Shown piece after piece: positions 23,830 to 34,211 of a DNA stretch of 64,000 bases. Every line of letters starts with the position of its first letter. Position 1 is the first letter of the stretch. Position numbers and translations under genes: made by a program. Source of the stretch: Macrostomum hystrix (Eukaryota > Animalia > Platyhelminthes); the NCBI GenBank assembly GCA_950097015.1, contig CATNEN010000030.1, positions 2,046,001-2,110,000 on the forward strand, written 5' to 3'. The notes under the pieces were generated by a model that was given only the letters and a program-made list of their open reading frames with translations, did no database searches and was not told the origin of the DNA.

Positions 23830-24772
23830 TAAATCGCATGGATGTGTCAAAATCGAAGAGACTGCTGAATTTGTGTAATGCAACGGTTTTTATGTAATTG
23901 TATGGGTTTAGCGTAATGCTAAAAGTTAAGTGCTGTGGCTGGCAAGCCAGCGAGGTCTTGTTGAGTCGATGTAGCTGCTTATTGAGTCTGGAGCTCCTGC
24001 ATTTCCGTCTGCTCACGGCGGCTGCGATGCGGCAGTGACAAAGCTTCTAGAGGCAGCGGCGAATCTGGATCTTCGTCGTCAGAATGGATCGACGCCGCTA
24101 TTGATTGCAACGCAGGCTGGACACGTGGGGATAATTTGGCAACTTCTGTGGATCTTCTCCAGTGCTCATTGCTGCTTAGTATACGAGATTGCCGTCTATT
24201 GACTGCAAATCGATTTGCTCTCATGCTAGCCGCTGCTAACTTAGTTTGCTGTGAGCAACAAAAGCGAATTGCAGGAGCACCATTGCTGGAGTTATCTCAC
24301 AGGAACCTAGTCAGGCACTTTTTCATCACGAGAGAGAACTCGAGCTAATTTGATCAGTTTCAAGGCCACAGCGATCGCTTCCATGCAAAGCTGGTCACCA
24401 TGGAGATGGCGGGTAGCGTGCTAGCTGACCTATGGAGAGCAGGCGATTATTAGGATTTCAATCCCGAATGATCGCAATAAATTTGGTGCCAAGAGCTCAG
24501 AAGCAAACAAGGCCAAGAAGTTACAGCTGGCTAAGGCTGCAAATCAAATATTCTAGCTGCAGTACATGCGCAAATATTGAATCTATCGAGCCCTCAAAAC
24601 TAAAGCCTGCAGTAAATGCTCTGACCAAACTCTTTTTATACTATCAACGCTAACTAACACTGGCCAGAAGGAGCACTGCGTTGAAGCTAAAAAAATGGAA
24701 AGTTGCGTATCACATTGTCGATCCTCGCAAGCACTTCCGGGAAAAACATCATCAAAGAACCCAGCCATGCAC
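23830..24772 (+). pseudogene. Relic of the ankyrin exon of the ANK-cGLR gene
   Basis: Fragments LWLASQRGLVESM*LLIESGA and AVTKLLEAAANLDLRRQNGSTPLLIATQAGHVGIIWQLL align with VWLASKRGHVMAMEPLMKAGA and AVAKLLEYGASPDIRRQDGSTALLIAAQTGHASVVRCLL of the 30141-31339 exon. The relic has stops and frameshifts. Confidence 0.8.
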
Positions 24773-26691
24773 GTGAGTGGGCTTTCCGGCACTTTCTCCG
24801 TAAAATGTATGCGGCTAGCGTATTACCATCCTTATAATAATAATCGATTCATAACCGTGAACTGAAATTACAGAAATCCGCATCTATATCAGTGATGCCC
24901 GAGCTGAAGCGCATCCTTCACGAAGACGATGTCGATTCTCTGGTCATCCAGCTGGAGCTGGCCAAGCCCCTCGCCCTGTCGCAGATCCTAGCTGCAGCTC
25001 AGCATCGAGCAGCTCAGCATTGCGGACTGCATCAAGTGCGGCAGGTCCGACTTTACTTCGTTCCTCATCGCTCACTCCACTGTGCTGGAAGTTGCCGCAT
25101 GCACACTCGCTCTCAACTGTGTCACTCACCTGATCGGTGAGCTGGAGGCTGCAGCCGACTCGGCTGATGCACTTCATCAAGCAGTCGGGCAGCAGTCAGA
25201 CAGTGGCGAGTCGGTGGTGCCGCTGCACTGTCTCATTGTGAAGCTGTTTACTCTGAGAGGCGATGCTGCATTTGAGCACAGGGCGGTGAGATTTGTGCGC
25301 AAACTGTCGGTCGAGCAGCCTCAGTTCTTCCGCGTGTGCGCAGAGAAGGAGGCGTTCGGCTACAATGCTCTCGAGCTGGCAGTCAGTCTGCAGCTGTTCT
25401 CACTCGCTGAGTGCATTCTCGAGTCGAGCAAGTACTGCGGAGAGGTCAGTCTCGTAGCAGGCGTGAAGGTGCAGCGAGTTGATCTGAGCGAGTACGACTT
25501 CGCCACGGGTGAAAGGTACGCGAAGAGTCCGCTGAGCATGCTTGCGGAGATGGCAGTGCGAGATCTATCTGAGCCGGTGAAGATGTTCATGGACCACGAC
25601 ATTGTATCACGCTGGTCAAAGAGAGTTAGCTCGATGCACTTTTCTATGGCCATCAGGGCTGTTCTCTGCTCAAGTTATAAGCTTTTCATTCTCGCATTTG
25701 ACCCAACCTGCATCTACTCATCAGTGACAGTGCAGAAGTTCAGCACACTCGGTAATTTTACTGAGTGTTCGCTTTATCCACTGCACCATCACTGGAACAA
25801 AGATTGTCTGTCGCGTGCGTTTAGAGTGGCACTGATCAGCTTTATGTTCTTATACATGCTGGAATGCGTCATCATTGCACTCTTGAACATAATTTATGCA
25901 TCGGCAGTCCGACGATCAGGTACTTCAGTGCTAATGGCCTGTGCCAAGCATATCCGGTACAACAGACAGGCGGTGATGAATGAATAATCCCAACCCTGTG
26001 CTGCATCATGCTGATGTACTACGGCTCTAGAGCCTATAACGACACGGCTTCGCTTGCCGGCTCCATTCTTGATCGCGACTTCCAGCTGAGAGTCCTGGAC
26101 TATTCAAACAGCCTTGTCTACATTCTCACCATCATGACTGGATGCTGGTCATCGATAAGATGGCACTACTGTGGAATGTATTCGGCGTGTTTCTGTTCTT
26201 TGTGCTCATAATATTTATTGTGATGTGCCTGTTTGGCTGGTTGATTGCTCTGATAGTGCCGTGCGAGCCTAGCTTTGACTCGAGCATCAACTCAAGCATT
26301 CTCTCAACGGGCCCCCCTGCTTTCATTTTAACTGCTAATTAACAACGGCGGCCTCTCCAAAGATTCGATGCACTCTCTAGGCTTAGTGTTTCTGGTGACT
26401 CTCGCGCTAATCGTGCTTTTCTGCTTCAATTTTCTCATTGCCCAGCTTTCTGAACGGTTGTCCAATGCGTCACAAAATCTTAGACACGTCTGTCTGAGCT
26501 TTGAGCTGTACGTTGGCTACATCGCTGCCCTCCCGGCAGCGGTTCTGCAGAGGGCCTTTCAAAAGCGACTTGGCAACCGGCTGCGGCTTTTGCCGGCCTC
26601 TATTAAACTGGATTATCTGCACAGAATTGTAGAGCTGAATTCTTTCAAAACTGTCAAGACTTTTTTGAAGCAGACAAAGCAGTATATATAG
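24767..26691 (+). pseudogene. TRP(V)-like channel, copy 2, pseudogene
   Basis: It has the same N-terminal cassette as copy 1, but with a 4-nt insertion (~24989) and a 12-nt deletion (~25016). Further frameshifts occur near 25980, 26145 and 26335. Pore and S6 motifs (NNGGLSKDS, LIVLFCFNFLIAQLSERLS) are still visible. Probable micro-exon ATG CAC|GTGAGT with a phase-0 acceptor at 24873. Confidence 0.85.
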
Positions 26692-27614
26692 CTTCTCTTT
26701 AAACTCGCGATATTCAAATTGGCCCCTTTTTTCGCAATTTGCTTTATTTCCAGAGGGCAAAAAGAACATAATGAGCACAATGAGTCGTAATGAGCTGAAT
26801 GTCCAGAATCTAGTAGGAGGTATAGAGACGTTACACAAACGTACAGTTTAATTTAACCGATTCTTGTTTTATGCGCTTAAACATAGGTGACGATTTCATA
26901 GCTGATCTACAATATTTAACAGTAGAACTACCATGAGAGGGGGGTAATTCCCCCCTAACAATTTTTGCAATACACCAGCTCTTATGAGAAAAATCTGACC
27001 TTCGGCCAGAACCAATGGGAATCTTGACGGTCTGAAGGGCTGGCGACTTGATTCTTGTTTCAGAAGATGAGCAACAAAAAGTTGGCTCGAGTTCTTGATT
27101 TTCATGTGCGGTAGGGATCCACCTTGGTATAAAAACAGTCGGTAAAATGGCTTGGTTGTCCTACTGTAAAGTAATTCTATGATACCTGTGAAAACATCAG
27201 ATGAAAGGTGTTGTAAAGGCCTCTAAAAACTTAAGACTTGCACGGTCGAGGCGTTTATATAAGAACCAAAGCGCACGAATGTATTTATCTGTGACAAAGG
27301 TATTTACATTTTCTGAAAATGATTCGATCATTTATATAATAAATATTATTTTTTTATTTTTACGTTATTTCGTTATTTTTACGAACAATCAAACAACCGA
27401 GCTTCAATCAAACTAGTGTGACATATTCGATTCAAAATACTCACGGATGTACACGCAATTTATCATTTTAAACGTAAATATTGAAGATGAAATAAAGCGA
27501 GCCTCTAGCTAAATTGATTTGAGACACTACTCGTACTAGAAGGCATGCTACAAACCCTAGTTTTCTAGTCAACCTCTGTCAGCAGCAATAGCATTGTCAA
27601 ATACCACGAAATGT

Positions 27615-30600
27615 CTAGGTGTGTACAGTTGGCGGCAGTTCTCGCATTCGGCCGCTGCGACGTCGTCTTCGGCGACATTTTTCAGTTGCGCCGCCGTTGG
27701 CCGCCTCTAGGCGCAGCTGGTGAGCCACGCCTAATAAGGTTCGTCGCATGCAGCTCTCGCGCAGGTCCGGCTGAAATCATGGATTAATGACGAAACAGCC
27801 TGCTTACACTTTCCAAAGGAGTACACTTACCGTTCCGACAAGGTGGTCCGAAGGTAAGGGACAGGACAGGATGATTGTCGTCGCGGAAATGGTATTCCTT
27901 TATTTATTTGTCTTTTTGCTTGCGACAGTCACTGTCCGTCCTCTTTTTGCCGTTCCCTTCATTCTCTAGCCCCCTGTTGTCTGCCTGCCCCCACCCACGC
28001 ATTCAATTATCGATTTTCCGACCCCCGTCGCGCTAACCCCTTCAGTCTGGCCCCAATCTGTCCAATCTCTCTCCCCCGACTATTTATCGATCGTTATTAT
28101 CGATCGTAGTAAAAGGTAGTGTAGTTTTTTTCCCCCTAGTCTGAACTTATTGGGTACACAATTTTTATAGGACGGGCCTCTTGCGTATAGATTTTGGGAG
28201 GAACTAAATGCACTCACCAGTCTTAACATGCCGTCGCTAAGCTTTGATTGTAGCGATGGCACGCTCGCGATGATGTCACTGTTGCGGTGGACGATGCTGG
28301 CTATAGTGTCCGCGTCGGGGCAGAACTGCAGAGCTAAAAGGATGTCGGAAACGTCGGCTTCCCGTTCGTGCTGCGTCGCCTCGAACCAGCGTCGCGACTC
28401 GTACTGGACCTCCGTCGGAATGAGCTCCAGACAGAGGCACTTGAGCAGGGCGCTGAAGTTCATGTAGAACCTGTTGCCGTAGAACTGCATGGCCAGCGGA
28501 AAATGTTCCCTGGAGAAGCGAGGAAGGAACTTCAGGTCGGGACGCCTGTCGTAGCGGAAGCAGAAGCGCCAGATCGAGTCACTCTCCGACAGCTGCCGAA
28601 AGACGTCCTCAGCGACCTCCATCGGCTCGGTCAGCTGCCGTTTGACGAGTCCTTTGCTGACCTGGTGATGAGCCACTGCTCTGAGTGTCCGCAGCGCAGC
28701 ATCTCGCTGACCGATCTTCAACTGGGTCATCGCTCTGAAGCTCTCTCGGACAGAGAGGGCGAAGTCAGGAATGCTGTCAATTACTGACATTTGCGGGTGC
28801 GAGTCAGTCGCTAAGTCTCGAAACAGATTCCACAAGACTGGATAGATACCGGTTAAGCTTATTTCGCTTTTGGCTGAGTGCACATCATATGTCACAGGTA
28901 CCAAGGTAAAAGGGTGAAACTGCAGGAAGCTGGAGTCGCTGATCGGTACCAGCTGTTCCATGAGTTTCATCAGAGGCTGCCTGCAGGTCGTTCATAGTGC
29001 TCCTCACCGCCTCCATGACGTCGCTCTTTGTCGAGTGGCCGCTGCGCAGATACACGGCGGCTCCGGGTGCGAAGAAGTGTCGCAGGCACTCGTGCTCTCC
29101 GCCCTGCTGCAGGCCGTCGAGCAGAATCTGCAGAGCTCGCCTGGTCAGCTGCAGCAGATTGTCGGCTCGCCAATCACTCGCCGGAGTCTCGTCCACCATG
29201 CGGAACAAGAGAGTCTTGGCCACGTAGGTCTTGAGTCCGCTCACGGTGTTGGAGAGGTGTCGCTTGATGAGGAACTTCAGGATGACGAACAGCTGGCCCT
29301 GCTCTGTGTTGAATCCTCGGATCATCCGCCTCTCCAAGAAGGTCGTGCTCAGCCGGAGCCACTCGCCCTCTTTGCCGGGAGGCGCCGCTCGGACCAGGTG
29401 GCACAATGATTGCTCGCGCTCGAATCTCAGTTGTTTAAGCAGCTCAGGAGGAATGTGGGTAGGTCGTCCGTGCGCAAGGACTTCAACATCCGGATAGCAG
29501 CAGGTGCGCAGTGCGTTCACGTAGTCCATGGCCGGCGACTGCAGCGTCCCAAACTGAGGATTGCTGGGATTGGCCGCTGGAATGCGGTGAAAAATTCAGA
29601 TAATTAATCATTAAAAAACTGAGTTTAGATTCTCATCTGCTCTCAAAAAACCGAACGAATTGCGCTTGAATTAGTTTTTGCATATATTCTCTTGGCTTAC
29701 TTGCAACAGGATAGGGAACGTAGCCGTGTTCGTACTTGACGACCTTCTCTTGATCAGGAGCCTCGCACTCGCAGCGTCCTTCGATATGCAGCACGACAGT
29801 GAGGATCTCGGTAAAGTCTATGTCAGAGTCTTTGTCAATCTGACCATTCAGGAACCTCAGTGAGCTACCCCAACCTTCACTGAAGCTTCCCACAACATTA
29901 ATGTTTGTCCCAGGTCTCAGTCCGCGAACTATGTCCTGGAGAATGTCTGCCTCGGCCTGCTGTACGAGCGCGCTTTCTCTATTGAAACCGGATCGGCTGA
30001 GGGCCTGGAAAAGCTCCGTGCTGAACTGGCCATCGGACGTGATGGTTCTGAGGTGGATTGACAATGAAAAATGCCCTGATAAACATAAAACTTTATATTC
30101 AGTCAATAAGTGGACTATCTTTTAACAAATACGATCGTACCTATTGGACTGAGCAGTCGACGTGAACTTTGTTTTCCCTGCCGTCGCACTGCGGGTGAAT
30201 CGGCGAAGGCACTCGGCAGCCAGACTGGCACACGATTTCGGAACGGTGCGCTGTAGAACTTCGGCATCCACATGAAGGCTCCTAAGTAAGCGAAGAGCAT
30301 TGTTTCCTAGACCATAGCAACATGCGGCAACGATAGCAGCTTCGATGTGACCCATGTGAGGCGAACTTGCGCCAAGAAGAAGGTCAACAGCTTCCGTGTC
30401 TGTGCAGTGACTGGCGGCTAGTGAAACAGGTAGTTCATCAGCCTTGTTCTCTAAGTTAGCATCTGCCCCAGACTCAAGCAGCGTCTTTATCACATTGGTG
30501 TGACCCTTCTTGGCGGCCCTGTGCAATGACGAGTCTCCATTGGCATCCTGAGAATTTACTGACGCACCGGACCTTACAAGTTGCTTGACGACCTCATTGT

Positions 30601-31339
30601 TTCCGTTTTCAGCCGCTGTGTGAAGTGGCGATGAACGTACATTGTCCAGAGCATTGACGTGGGCACCGGCCTCGATCAGGAAGGTCACCAACTCTAAATA
30701 GCCCTTTTGAGAGGCCTTGTGCAACGGAGTCCACTTGGAGTTCGTCTTCTGGTTTACGTCGGCTCCAGCCTCCAACAGATGACGAATGACTGCAATGTGA
30801 TTCCACCAGCAGGCTGCAAAAACAGCGGCAGAGCCAAATATGTTGGCCTGGTGCGGATCGGCACCGGCTTCAAGCAGCAGTTCCACCACTCTCTGCTGGC
30901 CGTACTGAGCCGCCATGAGCAACGGTGAGGAGCCATCGTTTCTCTGGAGATTGGCATCGGCTCCAGCGTCTAGCAGACAACGAACAACGCTGGCATGACC
31001 AGTTTGAGCGGCAATGAGTAGTGCCGTCGATCCATCCTGACGCCGGATATCTGGACTGGCGCCGTACTCGAGCAGCTTTGCCACAGCTGGATCGCAGCCG
31101 CCCTGAGCAGCTGCAAATAGAGGAGTCGCTCCGTCGAACTCAGCGCAATCCAGCTGAGCACCAGCTTTCATCAGAGGCTCCATTGCCATTACATGACCCC
31201 GCTTACTCGCCAGCCAAACAGGCATGTGACCAGACGAGTCACGGGCGTCCGGGTCAACACCCGACTTCAGCAGCGACTCGGCCGCAACTCTGTTGCCGCT
31301 GCTGCATGCGACATGTATGTTCAGTGCCGATTCAGCCAT
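27615..31339 (-). CDS. Ankyrin-repeat / cGAS-like receptor (cGLR, Mab-21 nucleotidyltransferase) fusion, ~1019 aa after correcting one +1 frameshift at ~28980; exons 30141-31339, 29701-30047, 28218-29576, 27615-27770
   Basis: About 10 ankyrin repeats join through a phase-2 93-nt intron (AG|GTACGA...CTCAG|A) to the NTase core VVGSFSEG..DSDIDF. A phase-1 intron leads to MDYVNAL..CYP, and the Mab-21 helical region follows (EWLRLSTTFLERRMI, LKTYVAKTLLF, DW..DNLL, CLRHFF). The last exon is inferred from splice signals only. Confidence 0.8.
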
Positions 31340-32167
31340 TCTGTTCTGCGCCTAAAGTCTCAGCTGTTCTTCCCCTTGAATGCAGCGGAGCTTATATATT
31401 TTTATGAAGAACTTCCACGTGACTGTCTAGCTTCTAGTTTGCTCTTAGTTATTTGCACGCATTTCGATGCTACTTTCACAGGGAACATTCTGCAATGACT
31501 AGAAATAGACTGCGATCGATAAGTGCTAATTATCGAAGTGTGACAGCACCCTTCCGGTGCATTCAGCTCTTGCAGTGGGTTTTTGCAACGATAATCAGAT
31601 CAAAACATGCACGCCTTCGCGCAACCCGAAGTTAGAACAGCTGTTGTTTTTACCGCCCCTTGAAAGGCCAGCGCGCTATCGACTCTAGGTCGTAAAAAGC
31701 TTTTTATAGATAACTAGTTTAAGTGTTTATTTTTCCATAACTCGCTGTCAGCATGCGTGTATTGCTTTAAGATAAGAAAAAAAACACCATCCTCAACTCA
31801 AGATTGTGCGATGAGCTTTCTTCCATTGCTATTTTTCAGTGAGTCATCGGTGTATATAGGCAAATTTCTAATTATAACCTACTTAATGCTGGTTTGACCT
31901 TGTATGATAATTTATGACAACTTATTATACTGTTTTACGATTACCTGTTTACTTAGGCTGGGCAACAGCTAAGCGAGATAACTACCTGTGCTCACAGACC
32001 ACAAGGCCACAGTTATATTTTTGGATTTCTTTTTTTAATTGAGGTCAAGTCAACAACATGCATACCGAAGTTTAAAGATAAGTCTGTGATCAATTTCAGC
32101 TGTTAAACAGCAACAGTTAAAGTCATAAGGAACATGTATCAAAACAGCCAGAACGGTGCATGGACTA

Positions 32168-32346
32168 CATATTCAACCAATCCACATTCAACCAATCCGC
32201 ATTCAACCAATCCACATTCAACCAATCCGCATTCAACCAATCCACATTCAACCAATCCACATTCAACCAATCCACATTCAACCAATCCGCATTCAACCAA
32301 TCCACATTCAACCAATCCACATTCAACCAATCCGCATTCAACCAAT
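32168..32346. repeat. 15-bp minisatellite (ATTCAACCAATCCRC)n, ~12 copies, just downstream of TRP copy 3
   Basis: Visible period-15 array. Confidence 0.95.
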
Positions 32347-32361
32347 TTTAAAACAAGAACA

Positions 32362-34211
32362 TCACGCAGGCTCCAGCAGTCGGCAGAACTGAAGCCGCTT
32401 CTCTCCCTCGAAAGCAACAGCGGCACCGCTGCGCAGAGAACGGCGCAGATACGCAACGCTCAGCTTGTACACGTGGTGAATGTACAGCTTGTAGGAGGCG
32501 CAAATATAAGGCAGGTTGCGAGATGCGGCAGAAAGCCGCTCAGCCAGCAGAGCAACCAGAAAATTAAAGCAGAAAAGTGCAATCAGTGCGTGCGTCACCA
32601 GGTAGAACACACCAAGTGATTTAGCCGACTCCTGGGACATACCACCGTTGCTGACAGTCAGGTAAAAGTTAAGCAGCCCGTAGGACGGATTCGCGAACAT
32701 CTCCAGGTCAAAGCTGGCCTCGCAAGGAATAATCAGAGTGATTAGCCAGCAGAAAAGGCCAATGACTAGGAAAATAATAGCCATGAAGAAAAAAAAGATT
32801 CCGACAATGTTCCACAAGAGGGCCAGGGTCTGTATAGCCAACAGCCAATCGTAAACAATTGTCATTATTGTTATGATGTACAGCGTGCCTGTTGAGTAGT
32901 CCATCATTCTGAGGCCAGCACCTCTGTCTGACAGAGACAAAACGCGAATTCTCTCCGGCACAAACGCCAGGCAGAGCATGAGAACCAATGCGCAAACCGT
33001 CAAAAGGATCTGACTAGTGCACCTGACGTGACAGGCCAAGGCACTTAAATACGAACCGCTGCCCTGCACTACCTTGACGTAGATAAGGTGAAATGTCAGA
33101 GAGGCTGCACACTCCAGGATGTATCCGCAGGCTAGAAGGGCGACAACGCAGCGCACGGCCATCAGGTCGCAGAAGCCCGACATTCTGTAGTGCATTGAAA
33201 AAAGCGGGCAGCTGGTGGCGTTGGTCACCGCACCCGACTCGGCGAAGTACCTCACAGTTAGAGAGGCGTAGATACAGGCAGAGCCAAAGAATAGTAGGAA
33301 CAGCTTGTAGATTGTGCACACTATGGCTCGAATGATCAATGCTCGCTTCATCCCACCGCTCGTTGCATCCGACCATTTGTCAATGATTTCATGATCCAGA
33401 AATTTCTTCAGAGGCTCTGAGAGATTTCTTACTGCCTCGATAGCTAAAATGTTCAGCGGGCTCTTGTCGTACCTTTCACCTGTGGCGAAGTCGTACTCGC
33501 TCAGATCAACTCGCTGCACCTTCACGCCTGCTACGAGACTGACCTCTCCGCAGTACTTGCTCGACTCGAGAATGCACTCAGCGAGTGAGAACAGCTGCAG
33601 ACTGACTGCCAGCTCGAGAGCATTGTAGCCGAACGCCTCCTTCTCTGCGCACACGCGGAAGAACTGAGGCTGCTCGACCGACAGTTTGCGCACAAATCTC
33701 AGCGCCCTGTGCTCAAATGCAGCATCGCCTCTCAGAGTAAACAGCTTCACAATGAGACAGTGCAGCGGCACCACCGACTCGCCGCTGTCTGACTGCTGCC
33801 CGACTGCTTGATGAAGTGCATCAGCCGAGTCGGCTGCAGCCTCCAGCTCACCGATCAGGTGAGTGACACAGTTGAGAGCGAGTGTGCATGCGGCAACTTC
33901 CAGCACAGTGGAGTGAGCGATGAGGAACGAAGTGAAGTCGGACCTGCCGCACTTGATGCAGTCTGCAATGCTGCCACCGTCAGTGAGCTGCTCGATGCTG
34001 AGCTGCAGGATCTGCGACAGGGCGAGGGGCTTGGCCAGCTCCAGCTGGATGACCAGAGAATCGACATCGTCTTCGTGAAGGATTTTTTTCAGCTCTGGCA
34101 TCTCCAGTGGCGTTCTTTGCACCTGCAATCGGTGTTGTTCTTCGCAATGTATATAAGATGCTCAACAATTTTTTGCATTGTGTTGAAACAGGATCGCACA
34201 ACTCTTACCAT
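32362..34211 (-). CDS. TRP(V)-like 6-TM channel, copy 3, intact; ATG-only first coding exon 34209-34211 plus exon 32362-34122
   Basis: Uninterrupted 588-codon ORF with the shared N-cassette, six TM segments, pore SYGLLNFYLTVSNGG and S6 HALIALFCFNFLVALLAERLS. ATG|GTAAGA and TTGCAG|GTG define an 86-nt phase-0 intron. Confidence 0.85.

Noticed and set aside
30122-31339. Stand-alone ankyrin gene ending at 30122
   Set aside because: A phase-compatible 93-nt intron bypasses the stop and joins the cGLR frame. A stand-alone isoform cannot be excluded without RNA data.
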